A DNA stretch of 64,000 nucleotides, from assembly GCA_051362555.1 (NCBI GenBank), contig CM120644.1:12484567-12548566 (forward strand), given 5' to 3'. Source of the DNA: Lingula anatina. Taxonomy: Eukaryota > Animalia > Brachiopoda. Below are positions 29,729 through 42,293 of the stretch, in pieces. Below the pieces are notes generated by a model, which was given only the letters and a program-made list of their open reading frames with translations, did not search any database and was not told where the DNA came from. Position 1 is the first letter of the stretch; the number at the start of each line of letters is the position of its first letter. The position numbers and the translations under genes were made by a program.

Positions 29729-30775
29729 TGTGTGGATATTGATAGTGTCGGTGTGTATGTGGTGGTGGTGGTGGTGGTGGTGGGGGGGGGGGGGGGGGGT
29801 TACAATCTAGCGTGGGTGGGAGGGGTCCCCTACCTGCTTCACGCGCCTACGCTGCATCATAATGTTTTTATGGCGCACCCCCTCATACCCTTGCTGTGAG
29901 TGCAGTCTTATTTAAAAGGATTATTCGTTTTGATATTTTTTTCAATTTAATATATAGATTAATACATAACAAATTATTTTGTGGACCTGTGTTTGCTTTT
30001 TCGCGTAACCACCTTTCTTTTCGGGAAGTGACTGCAGCATCTTTGTGGGTTTAGTTTGCATTACATGTAGTTCAAATTTGGTCTTAACGAATAACCTATT
30101 TTAACAAAATAAGAAAATAAATAAATAAATAAATAAATAAATAAAACTTAGCCATGTGATATTCCAACGAGAACGAGATATTTGATTCGTTTAATTGGAA
30201 GTTCACATATAAGAGAAACTCCGATGTATTCACTCCTTATGGAATGATTATCAAATCGAAAAAAAAGGGTTGCTTTGGGTGGTCAGCGTGTGTACCACCA
30301 GAAGGAGAACAGATGAGTACGTTGCAGAGTGAAGTAAATACATCGGTGTAGATATACTAGGTAACTGTAGACGACCATGTAGAAACTGATGAAACTATGT
30401 GACTGTGTCGTGAAATAAAATATCTAAGAAAATATTTGTGCATTACGATCAAAACAAGCGCAGCCTCCTAAAAGAACTGCATACAGTTGACATATTCCAG
30501 CTGTTACTGAAGGCTCGGTCAGGCCTTTTCACAGATGGGACAAGTACACACGTATGTAACTTTTGCTGGCAGATACATTAAATTTCCATTGAAAATAAAA
30601 CCAAATACACTTTCTAAACAACAAGCCGATGTGACAGGAGTGGTAGCACTAGGAATGGAAGTCCTCGGTACCAAATGATAAGTTACAGGTTAGGTTTAGT
30701 TGCAGTATTGGGGTTTGAACATGGGACGAATGTCACCTGTACAAAGTAATGGGAAACGGACTACGGACCATCAAA

Positions 30776-30971
30776 GAGCGCATTCAGAACAGTGGACTAC
30801 CAGATCCGCAGATCAAATTAATAGACCCACTAAAAAGCTTGCCGCTTAATTCAGGATTAAACACTGAACCGATTTCCTGTGTGGATTACGCAAAAGCATT
30901 CAAGTGGGTCGGCCATATTTGATCTGCGGATCTGTTCTGCAGATCTGTAGTTCTCTGTTCTGAATGAGCTC
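30776..30971. mobile_element. MITE in the divergent intergenic region
   Basis: Inverted ends gagcgcattcagaacag / ctgttctgaatgagctc, plus internal cagatccgcagatcaaat / atttgatctgcggatctg. Confidence 0.65.
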
Positions 30972-31499
30972 AAGGCCTTAACACAGGTTCTTCTCACATT
31001 CGCTCCCTGCTGTTAAGTAAATTTAATACGCGTATCGAGCGCGGGGACTAAGTTAAGGCAGGGAAATTAGATCGTAGACAGAATTCCCTGGTTTAGGTGA
31101 CTTGCTTGCCGAATGCCTATTTATAACATTGCCAATCTCTCAAAGTCTACCTGTGAAAATTGCACCGCTTATGAATACCACTGATGTAAAGATTCAGTCT
31201 TGCGAGACCTTACGACCATGGCCTTATCATAATGAAATACATACACGTAATGTACAGAATAACAAAATAGATGCCTTTGAACTTTGAAACGCTCTTACAA
31301 GCCATACCTAACAAAAGGAGTTGGTATGATGGATAGTTTAATGTTGGCTGGGTGAAAATTATACATAAAAGATGCAGCTTTTCTCGTATTTCAATGAATA
31401 TGTCTTTTTGTTGCCTGAATACAAAAATATTTTAATTCACACCGCAGCACCACTGGTAACTTAGAACAATTGTCTCAACGTTAAGAGCTTTTCGACCCA

Positions 31500-31704
31500 G
31501 AATTGGCTTGTACATCACGCTGAATATGCCAAGACTCAATGACGTCGCCCGATCTGGCTCTCGTTGATTATATAGTATCACTTTATAAAAAATACGGGAG
31601 ATTTATCCTACCTGCTTTAAACTTATCTAAAAAGATAATGCCGCCCTTATATGATAAACATATGGAAATGACGCCAGTTATCCAGGTCAAACAAGGCCTG
31701 GTGA
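31500..31704 (+). pseudogene. Degenerate subfamily B exon 1 truncated by a LINE fragment (shorter copies at 38612-38700 and 48270-48378)
   Basis: Aligns to 32300-32500 (ctgaatatgccaagact...gaaatgacgccagttatccag...aaggcctggtga) with indels and no donor. Confidence 0.75.
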
Positions 31705-31955
31705 CAGGATAAAAAACAACTACAAAAGATTGTCGAAAAGGCAGGAAATGTAATTGGAACGGATCTTACACCCATCCATTCCATTTATCTCGATAGGGTT
31801 ACAAATAAAACAGATTCCATCATGACTGAAACTACCCATCCAGCTCATACCCTGTTCAAATCTTTACCCAGTTACTCGAGGCTTTTACTTTTTAAGGGTA
31901 GTAAGCGATTTTATATCTAGCTTTAATCATTCAGCAGTAACTCTTTTTAACACTT
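31705..31955 (+). mobile_element. 3' fragment of a Rex/Babar- or L2-like LINE, duplicated with the gene units (also 38701-38955 and 48379-48510)
   Basis: Translates as KKQLQKIVEKAGNVIG...IMTETTHPAHTLFKSLPS...RFISSF..SAVTLFN, matching the HP.H.LF..LPS..SF.P.A C-terminal motif of such elements. Confidence 0.7.
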
Positions 31956-32302
31956 GTACGTAATTTCATTTAAGTACAATTTAAAAAAGCTTTATTCAAC
32001 AATGGCCCTACATTGGAGACACGACATTGCCATAATGAAATGCAGATACACTTAGTACCTGCGAAAAGAAAACTAACGACCCAGAACTTTATAACTTTCT
32101 TACAATGCACAGCTTGTAAAATGAGTTGATATGAGATACTTTAATGCTGACTGAGTGGAAACGTATATAAAAGATGCAGCTTTTTGCATTTCAATGAGTA
32201 TACGTTTTTGTATTCTGTATAAAGGACTGTTTTTACTCAGGCCACAGCTCAGTTCGTTTCAGAAACGATTGTGTAAACGTTAACATTTTTTTTGAGCTAG
32301 AA

Positions 32303-33741
32303 ATGTCTTGTACAGCCATACCGAATATGCCAAGACTCCTTCAACGTCGCCTGCTTGGGGTCGCAATGATACTTCAACCTAACAGAAATTTGAGGACATT
32401 TATCCCGACTGGGCAAAATTTATCAAAGAAGATACAGCTGTCCCTATATGACAAACATAGGGAAATGGCGCCAGTTATCCAGCTTAAGCAAGGCCTGGCG
32501 AAGCAGCCATGGCATTTTAGAAAGGTATGAGATATCAAATATGTTATGTCTTTTGTTGGCATTTGGACTTTTCCAGGTCAATAAATTCTAGGCTGATGTT
32601 ATTTTAAGGTGGGTCAATTTTCAGTAAATTTCAATTAGCACAGCTTTAATATGCATAAAAATACAAGCCACGTGGTCACAAGATCTGTTAATCAATAGGT
32701 GGCGTTTAGTCTGCAATATGTATCTACTTGTATGTGACGAAGCAAACCATCCATTGCAGAGGTCCCACCTCTTTTTGACATCTGGGGTCCGTTTTCATGT
32801 TTTTATCATGAGAAATATCAAACAAGTGTGATAATGATAAATATCAACCAAGTGTGTTAACAGTTCAATGCCGAAATGTAACCTTGGGTTTTATTGAATC
32901 GTTCAGCCTATCGAATACCCGCAGCTGACTGGTTCCGATCATTGGAGGCGCAAGATGCGCACCGTATTTAGGGTCTTCGACCTAAACGGTGATGGTTGCA
33001 TCACACAAGAAGATAAGGAGGAGATGAACAGACGTACCGCAGAGTATATGAATCTTGATGGTAAATGCATTTTAATTAAAATTTTTATTTCTATTTCCAA
33101 ATGTTGGATTCGTATTGTGCATATAGGCCTGCTTATAAATAAACGTAATACTTTTAAGTATCAATACTGTTTCTTAAACATATTAGATACCTATTTTATT
33201 TTGCCCAAGCATTTAACATGTAAATATCATAATCAGTCAAAATCAATTAAAAGTACCAACTTACTTCAGTAGTATCTTAATATTTTTATATATTTAAAAA
33301 TATATCCACGCATCTTATTGTAAACATACTGTACATATTTCAGATGACAAGACTAAAACTGTTCTGAACCAGCGCCGTACCTACTGGGGAGATGAAGCCC
33401 CTAACAAAGTATTTGAGAATGAGTTCGTGGAGAGTCATCTAGTCAAGATGAATGAAATCAAGTTCCGAGAATTTTGGTTTGATATCCTTACTTCGAGATT
33501 TCAAATGATGGATCTTAATGGAGATGGACTCATTTCTACAGATGAACATGCTGCTATGTTCTACAGCTACAAGATCCCTACTGAGCATTCGAAGAAAGTG
33601 TTTGACATTCTTGATAATAACAATGATGGTTTCATCTCCATGGAAGAGTTTTCCCACGCGTACACTGAATTCTGGTATACCGAAAATCCTGACAACATAT
33701 TCAATGAATGCTACGGTCCACTCATTGACAATGAAACTTGA
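32303..33741 (+). CDS. EF-hand protein gene 4 (subfamily B1); exons 32303-32524, 32907-33060, 33344-33741; about 257 aa
   Basis: Splice sites AGAAAG|gtatga, ttcag|CCT, GATG|gtaaat and tttcag|AT give in-frame exons of 222/154/398 nt. EF loops DLNGDGCITQED, DLNGDGLISTDE and DNNNDGFISMEE; C-terminus FWYTENPDN...YGPLID. Confidence 0.9.
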
Positions 33742-34267
33742 AACGATGTTTCCTATTACCGATTTCCAAATACTCTGCTTCAAAGATAAACTGTTGCAAC
33801 CAAACAAAGACCACCCATTTCGTTCAGAATGAGGGCAAATAGCCACCAGAAAGCCGGTTTTAAGGCCCTTAGCGAACACCAGCCTGGTTTAACAGGTTAC
33901 AATAACAGACAACCTCTGAGGAAGCCATTGTAAACAGCAAAACATGATTGTCTGTTTTTGTAATGAATCGGGGGGGGGGGGGGGGGGGGCATTGGGGAAC
34001 ACTGAAACCGTTTGGCTTTCTTTATTGAGGACAAATTCCATTTTCAAGAGACCTAAAACGATGCTTGTATCGCGTCTGGATTGACTTCAGTATTTTTAAA
34101 ACGTCGGTAATGCATTGTTAGGAATGGAAGTCCTAGGGCATACCTTACTAGGATTCAGTGTCTGTAGGTTTACACTGAGAAATGACATGAGTAAATAGAT
34201 ATAGAGATATTTTAGTTTCAAAGATATAAGAAACATTTGATTTATTACATTAATATGACATTTAATT

Positions 34268-35170
34268 ATCCCCGCACTTTTGGGACAAAAGTCGGGGATC
34301 ATGTTATCTCCTCCTAGACTATTGCAGGTAGGAAGTTGAAACTTTGGGAAATGGTAGACCCATCTTTAGGAAAATGCGTGGGCACATTGGAATTTTAGTG
34401 CAACAGGGGGTTGGGCTGCCCCTGGGGGGTAGTTGATTCAAAATTCTTGTGACATTGTAATTTCTGCTATCTCCTCCTAAACCGTTAGAGATAGGAAACT
34501 GAAACCTTTGGAACTGGTAGACTCATCATCAGGGATGTGCATGGGCATTTTGGAATTTTAGTGCCACAGGGGATTGGGCTGTCGCCGGGGGGGGGGGGTG
34601 ATTCTAAATTCTTATGACATTTTAATTTCTGCTATCTCCTCCTAGACACAGCAGTTAGGAAGTTGAAACTTTGGGAATTGGTAGACCCATCATCAGGGAT
34701 GTGCATGGGCACTTTGGAAGTTTAGTGCCACAGGGTGTTGGGCTTTTCCCGGGGGGTGGTTGATTCTAAATTCTTTACACATTGTAATTTCTGCTTCTCC
34801 TCCTAGACCATCAGAGTTAAGAAGCTGACACTTTGGTGAATAGTTTACCCATCATCAGGGATGTGCATGGGCACTTTGGAATTTTAGTGCAACAGGGGAT
34901 TGGGCTGTCCCTAGGGGTGATTGATTCTGAATTCTTTCCACATTGTATTTTCTGCTATCTGCTCTTAGACCATTTCAGGTAGGAAGTTGAAACTTTGGTG
35001 ATTACCTGTAGTATACCACCATCAGAAATGTGCATGAAGCAGTGATGTGTGTGTATGTGTGTGCGTACGTGCGTGTGTACGTGCGTGTGTGGTAAGTGGT
35101 CCCTAGGGGTGAGCTGCTCTATGGGGAAGTGCGGGAATATGCGATGGCTACCCATCAACACCATCTACCT
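34268..35170. mobile_element. HINE-like element with ~163 bp tandem repeats
   Basis: Terminal hairpin atccccgcacttttg-gga-caaaagtcggggat, about 4.5 units starting atctcctcctagac (34306, 34469, 34634, 34795, 34957), and a GT-rich microsatellite. Absent from the paralogous site near 43120. Confidence 0.7.
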
Positions 35171-35372
35171 TTAATATTCTACGATGTTTTATTTTGCGAT
35201 AGGCAGTTTATATGCATATAATAAAGTAACAAAAACTACAAGGCTTCCATAGTTTTGCTTCATTTATTTTATAGTGCGCATTTTTCTTCCAGTAAACGCA
35301 AATTTTTATATGTGTTGTGGCGAAAAAAAAGGAACACCAAGATGGAGAATGTTTCAGGGACTTTGAGGTTTC

Positions 35373-35427
<55 letters not shown>

Positions 35428-37062
35428 GACCGTGTTTCCTTTGGCTAGGCATTTTACACATAGGCACGAATGAATGATGTTAAAGCATTTGCATTAATCA
35501 ATTGAGAACCGTATATACAGGCACACTTACCATCAAGGCTCAAATAGCCATATAATCTTAAGTAATAATAATAATAATAGTTATAATAATAAAATATAAT
35601 AGTAATAATAATAATAATAATTGTGAATTCAAAGATCAATAGGCCGTAGTTCTTCGTACTTTGACTATAGTGATATGTGAAAGTCGTTATATTTAGAAGT
35701 CGTTATATTACTTTTTCCAAGAAAGATACTTCGAACACATCTGCATAAGACTGCAAAAAAGTACAAACCTTACCACTGTGACCACTATTCTAAATCATAC
35801 TTAGAATATCAGTCAGGTATCGATGTTCCAGTTAGACATATTTTCCCAGCTAGACTAGTAATAGATGTCCTTTGACATTTTTAGATGAATGATGTGTTCA
35901 ATTAAGACGATTTAAACGTAATGTTTAAGAATGTTATTACGTTTATTATAATTATTTATATACATGTAACCCTATACACATTTTATTCAGATAGCTTAAG
36001 ATATTTTAAATAAACAAAAAGATAACTACAAGTAAACATTTGATTTAAAATAGATGTGTGATTTCTTCATTCCAAGGCCCCTTTAAATTCAATAAAACTT
36101 TTAAGATGGGAGACTTTGTATATATTTCAAACGCCTTTTTGAAACATGCACTAGGTTGCTGATAGATATCACGTTGGTGGATAACATCCAATCAAGTGCT
36201 TGTGGGACACAGTACCCCCTTTTTCTTATTGTTACTAGATGGGTGTTCACAGGACTTTAAATCCCAGGAAATTGGACATGCGTTCATAGGAATGGGAGAC
36301 CCAGGACATGCATTCCCAGGACATCCATTCCCTTCACAGCAACCCATTAATATAAAGTCTGGATCGTCAATAATATTTCCTTTCTCTTCACTTAATAATC
36401 CTTAAAATGATGGGGATGGACGTGGATATCTATCATTTTCCCAGCTATGGCACAGATCAAACTTGAATTGAATTAATATCTAACCAGGCATGGAACCATG
36501 CATATCATACTACCATTTCATCAAAAAGTGCTATCTTCTCGGGATTAGACACTAAATAGACTTCCTGCGGGGATTACGCAACAAGCATTCAAGTGGGTCG
36601 GCTATATTTGATCCCTTGTTGTTAAGTAAATTAATACGCGTATCGAGCGAGGGGTCTACAATAAGGTCACTTGTTCACGTAAAACCTGCTTATTAAATTG
36701 CCAATCTCTCAAAGAATACGAGTAAAGATTGCACCGCTTATGAATAGCCCTAATGTGAAAAGTCAATCTTGCGAGACCTAAAGACAATTGCCTTATCATG
36801 AATATGAAATATACACGTAATGAACAAAATGGATGCCTTTGAACTTCATAACTCTCACGATCCATACCTAACAAAAGGAGTTAATATGATAAATGGGTTA
36901 ATGTTGACGGGGTGAAAATTGTATACAAAAGATGCAGTTTTTCTTGCATTTCAATTAGAATGACTTTATGATGTTTGCATACAGATATGTTTTAACTGAG
37001 ACTACAGTACCATTCGTTATACAGAACAAGCGTGTGAAAGTAAAGCGCTTTTCGGGCCAGAA

Positions 37063-37284
37063 ATGTCTTGCATAGCCATGCTGAATATGCCAAGACTTAT
37101 TCAATGCCGCCTGCTTGGGCTAGCTACGATAGTACAATCCAACAGAAAATTGGGGAGATTAACCCTACCTGCTCAAACCGAATCAAAGAAGATAACAGTG
37201 TCCGCATTTGATAAACAAAGGGGAATGGCGCCAGTTATCCACCTCAAGCAAGGCCTGGTGAAACAGCCATGGCGTTTTAGAAAG
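37063..37284 (+). CDS. Orphan intact subfamily B2 exon 1 (alternative first exon of gene 5, or remnant of a deleted gene)
   Basis: Open 74-codon exon MSCIAMLNMPRLIQ...QPWRFRK with donor gttagt. The following intron matches gene 8 intron 1 but breaks near 38610, before any exon 2. Confidence 0.6.
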
Positions 37285-37310
37285 GTTAGTGATATGAGAT
37301 ATTGTGTTAA

Positions 37311-37594
37311 CCCGCACGAAAATGCAGTAGTATCGAAGTAGCAAAGAGGCATTAACCCAGTAGTGGTGTGGAGCATATTTGCAGTAGAAATACAGTATAG
37401 CTTACTGCAATTCTACTTCAAAATTTACATAGGGTTGTACAGAGGAGGAGCATTAATGCAGTAGATTAGAAGCATGATAGAAGCATGTTTCAAATATGCT
37501 AATGAGCTCCCTACTCGAAGCAGCTTTGAGGCATGTTTGCAGTATGATTGCAGTAGTCTACTGCGCTGGAGTATCTACTGCGTTTTCTTGCGGG
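37311..37594. mobile_element. MITE with CCC...GGG ends and AA duplication (EnSpm/CACTA-like)
   Basis: cccgcacgaaaatgcagtag / ctactgcgttttcttgcggg (18 of 20 match); empty site gtgttaagtct in gene 6 intron 1. Confidence 0.75.
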
Positions 37595-39298
37595 AAGTCT
37601 TTCGTCTCCATGTGTTCTTTTTCAAGTCAATAAATCCTTGTCTTAAATAATATCAAAGCACGACATCTCTCAGTGATGTTCAATTACAAAGCCAAGATCT
37701 GTTAAAATAGGTTTTACTTTTTTCTGCGATATAGCATGTGGTGAAGCAAATAAAACAATTTTTGACGTCTACCACGCTTATGATCGTGGAGATTTTTATG
37801 ATGATAAGTTTGGGTCATACTGCGCTTGCAACTTTTATGCAACCCTTTTGCAAACTCAGTCGCAAGGGGGTTGTCATACATGTAGGTTTTAAAGTGGTCG
37901 CATAATGTTGCTTACAGGTCGCAAGCTATCACTGACACACACATGCACCAACAACAAATGCGACTGAGGATGACAAATATGGATACCCCAATGGTTGCTT
38001 ATCGGTCTTTTCTTGAGTGCCAGTAGTTCGTTATAACCAGACTAAAACCAGGTGTACGCCACTTGCAAATGCCCTGTCGAACAAGGATTAAAGCATAATT
38101 AAATTTATAATTATCATTATTGCAGTGCTGATTGCAATACGAATTAGATATTTAGCTATAGTAATGTTTCTCACAATCGTTAAATAAAGGAAGCGCGTGA
38201 TGAAACTAACCCGACTTCCAAGTATATAGCAGCCAACACGCCCCCTGTTCTTTGTGAAGGTTCCATTTCACTAGGAGGTTTTCTTGTCTTCTGAGAGGGG
38301 GATGGATTTGAAAGTAGTTATCGTCAACAGTTTCCAACAAATATGATCTCTGCCACCTTGTGGTTACCAGTCGGCAATCGATCACTGCAGTCCTGCAACT
38401 GTCTTTCAAGTATCAAGTGGTCGCTGACAGGTTGTCTATCGCTCGACAAACGGCGTGCGACTGGTAAAACATAGCTTGATTGTGGTCTTTAGAGGTTGCA
38501 GATACCATATATACCGCAACCTTGTTTTGACCGGTGTATTAAAGGTTGCCGATCAAAATATGCCAAAGATTCTCATTCAGCTCGCAAAGTGATTACAAGC
38601 GACCGCCATATTTACCCTACCTGCTTTAAACTTATCTAAAAAGATATATGATAAACATAGGGAAATGACGCTAGTTATCCAGGTCAAACAAGCCCTGGTT
38701 ACAGGATAAAAAAAAACAACTACAAAAGATTGTCGAAAAGGCAGGAAATGTAATTGGAACAGATCTTACCCACATCCATTCCATTTATCTCAATAGGGTT
38801 ACAAATAAAACAGATTCCATCATGACTCAAACTACCCACCCAGCTCATGCACTATTCAAATCTTTACCCACTAACTCGAGGCATTTAATTTTTAAGGGTA
38901 GTAAGCGATTTTTATCTAGCTTTAATCCTTCAGCAGTAACTCTTTTTAACACTTGTACGTAATTTCATTTCAGTACAATTTTAAAGCTTTATTCAACAAT
39001 GGCCCTACATTGGAGACACGACATTGCCATAATAAAATGCAGATACACTTAGTACCTGCGAAAAGAAAACTAACGACCCAGAACTTTATAACGTTCTTAC
39101 AATGCACAGCTTGTAAAATGAGTTGATATGAGATACTTTAATGCTGACTGAGTGGAAACGTATATAAAAGATGCAGCTTTTTGCATTTCAATGAGTATAC
39201 GTTTTTGTCTTCTGTATAAAGGACTGTTTTTACTTAGGCCACTGTTCAATTCGTTTCATAAACGATTGTGTAAACGTTAACAACTTTTTGAGCTAGAA

Positions 39299-41289
39299 AT
39301 GTCCTGCACAGCCATACTGAAAATGCCAAGACTCGTTGAACGTCGCCTGCTTGGGGTCGCAATGATGCTACAACCTAACAGAAATTTGAGGACATTGATC
39401 CCGACTGGGCAAAACTTATCAAAGAACATACAGCTACCCCTATATGATAAACATAGAGAAATGACGCCAGTTACCCAGTTCAAGCAAGGCCTGGTGAAGG
39501 AACCATGGCGTTTTAGAAAGGTATGAGATATATTAGATATGTTTGGTCGTTATTTATTCTTTTCCAGGTCAATAAATTCTAGTCTGACGTTATATTAAAG
39601 TCATAATAACTCTTCGTTTGGCAAAAATTGGATTTTCCAGGAGTAAACGGAAATTTTCCCGTACTTACCAATGGTCAACGACCCCATTCCTGCATTCAAA
39701 TTAGTCCAGTATTTTCTCCTAAACGCTTTTTTTTTTTTTGTTAAAATAACTTAAGAGATTTTAACTAACGGAGCTCTCTGACATTGCATAGTAACGCGAT
39801 ATCGAGCGATACTTTTTGGCGACCTACTTTAAACCGCGGTATAAATAGACAACAACAACACTACCGGTATATAACAATAATATAAGATTCATCAGATATA
39901 TTCGTCTTATTGCTCAAAATGCATTTTTATCTACGATGTGTGCAGTACAAAAACTCGCAAATTATACCCGCTGATTGCATCATTTTCATATGGTGCCATA
40001 TTTTATTTTGGTCTCGAATGAACGCGAGAATCCGCGTGACATCTCAACGTCATTGGCAATGACCGGGAAGAAGGGATCGAAAGCCCTATTGACAAGCACA
40101 GATTTAAGTTTTACTACAATAACAGCCGTTTGAGTGGTAAAAGGCAGTATAATATAAAATGTTTTCATGCGTTGTTTACATTGTATTTTTTGCCGAATTT
40201 TGAATCTCAAAGGAAGAATAATTATTGCTTTAAGGTACGTCAATCAGTACTTTTCAATTAGCACAGCTTTAATATGCATAACAATACAAGATACATGTTG
40301 CACATGATCTTTAATCAATAGGTGATATTTTGTCTGCAATATATCTATGTGTCCACTGCAGGGGTCCCGGCTCTTTTTGATATCTGGGGTCCGTTTCATG
40401 CTTTATTTGAAGAATATCAATCAAGTGTGTTTAAGTTAAATGCCAAAAATGTGACTGTGGGTTTTCTTTTCTTCTTTTCTCAGCCTATCGAATATCCACA
40501 GCTGACTGGATCCGATCATTGGAAGCGCAAGATGCGCACCGTATTTAGGGCCCTCGACGTAAACGGTGATGGTTGCATCACACAAGAAGATAAGGAGGAG
40601 ATGAACAGACGTACCGCAGAGTATATGAATCTTGATGGTAAATGCATTTTAATTTCTATTTCCAAATGTTGGATTCGTAATGTGGATGAGGGCCTGCTTA
40701 GAAATAAATGTAATACGTTTAAGTATTATAACTGTTTCTAAAACATATTAGATACATATTTTATTTTGCACAAACATTTCACATGTAAATATCATAATGG
40801 GCCAAAATCAACTAAAAGTACCAACTTACTTAAGTAGTATTTTAATATTTAAAAAATATCCATGCATCTTATTGGAAACATACGGTACATATTTCAGATG
40901 ACAAGACTAAAACTATGCTGAACCAACGCCGCACCTATTGGGGAGATAAAGGTCCCGACAAAATATTCGAGGATGAGTTCGTGGAGAGTCATCTACTCAA
41001 GATGAACGAAATCAAGTTCCGAGAATTTTGGTTTGATACTCTTTCTTCGAGATTTAAAATGATGGATCTTAATGGAGATGGACTCATTTCTACAGATGAA
41101 CATGCTGCTATGTTCTATAGCTACAAGATCCCCACTGAGCATTCGAAGAAAGTGTTTGACATGCTTGATATTGACAATGATGGCTTCATCTCCGTGGAAG
41201 AGTTTGCCCACGCATCCTCTGAATTCTGGTTCACCGAAAATCCTGACAACAAATTTAATGAATTCTTCGGTCCACTCGTTGACATTTAA
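39299..41289 (+). CDS. EF-hand protein gene 5 (subfamily B1); exons 39299-39520, 40484-40637, 40898-41289
   Basis: Close paralog of gene 4. Exons of 222/154/392 nt, canonical splice sites, open frame, three EF loops, ends FFGPLVDI. Confidence 0.9.
39599..40229. mobile_element. Non-autonomous DNA transposon at TTAA (Kolobok-like) in gene 5 intron 1
   Basis: TTAA on both sides, AG...CT ends with weak inverted repeats, absent from gene 4 intron 1. Confidence 0.6.
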
Positions 41290-41297
41290 ATTGAAAC

Positions 41298-42293
41298 CAG
41301 TAGCAGATTTAAAGGGGGTAAGGGGGGTCCCCCCCTTCCAACGGTTTCTGAAAATTTTATCACACCAATAATCCCTGCTTAAAATTAGAATTTTGACTTT
41401 TAATCATAGTTGTACTAAAGGGCACTGTTTGCTCCCTAAAATGCCAATAATAGAAAATCGGAGCCATTGAGCAGATCTCGAACCCCACTCCAATGGGGCA
41501 ATGACCGGCATCGTATCCGAGACCTGTCGTTCCGCCCCCCCCCCCCCATCCTTCAAATAATCCTGAATCAATCCGCCCCTGTGCTAGTTGTATTATGTAA
41601 ATGTATTTTTCACGTCTCTTTCGTGTGCTTCCATTATTTGAATTTGTCTTACCTGAATTATGAATATCAGTAGCCATAACACCACATCATACAGTGGCGG
41701 ATTTAGGGGTTTCTGAAAAAAATACCACACTAATTTTCTTTTCCTAGATTTAGAATTTTGATTAGCTGATTCATAGTTCTTAACCGTAACAATGGCAACG
41801 TTTGTCCGCCAAAACACTCCAAGGGGGCGAGAGTCGGCCTCTTATCTCTGGTCTGTCATTCCTCAAGATATCGGACCCCCATTCAAATAATCCTGGATCC
41901 ACCTGTGGAGACACTGTCAATTTAATGTTAGGCTTTTACGTAAGATTGTCACCTAAAACCTCTTTGTCCCCGTGAAAGGGAGTTCCCCTCTCTTTGGCGA
42001 ATATACATGTAAGAACCCGGTAAACAGTGGCGGATTTAGGGGGTGTCAGAGGGATCCTGATCCCCTTCAATTTCTGGAAACAAATTATACCAATGGTCCC
42101 TCTTGAAATTAGAATTTTGACAAGCTAAATCATAGTTAAAATCCGTGTCAAATGCCACCGTTCGCCCTCTAAAATACCAAAAATTTCCGGTCCCTTCAGA
42201 GGTCCCTGGACCCTACGCCAACCGGCAGGGGAGGGGGGTTGGCTTCGCATCTACGCACCCCCATCCCCTACAAAAATCCTGGATCCGTCCCTG
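41298..42293. mobile_element. Cluster of short GC-rich CAG...CTG MITE-like repeats inserted just after the gene 5 stop codon
   Basis: Three related units start cagt(g/a)gc(g/a)gattta at 41298, 41691 and 42025. The whole block is flanked by GAAAC/GAAAC and is absent after gene 4. A related copy lies at about 15167-15392. Confidence 0.65.

Noticed and set aside
32955-33272. Single-exon ORF calls for the EF-hand segments (also 40322, 45508, 45917, 57427, 57756, 61200, 61632)
   Set aside because: Their ends run into introns; conserved GT-AG boundaries define the real exons.
33439-33879. Antisense or alternate-frame ORFs over EF-hand exons and LINE ORFs (also 40993, 61836, 50566, 53268)
   Set aside because: Shadows of the real coding frames; their recurrence follows from the duplications.
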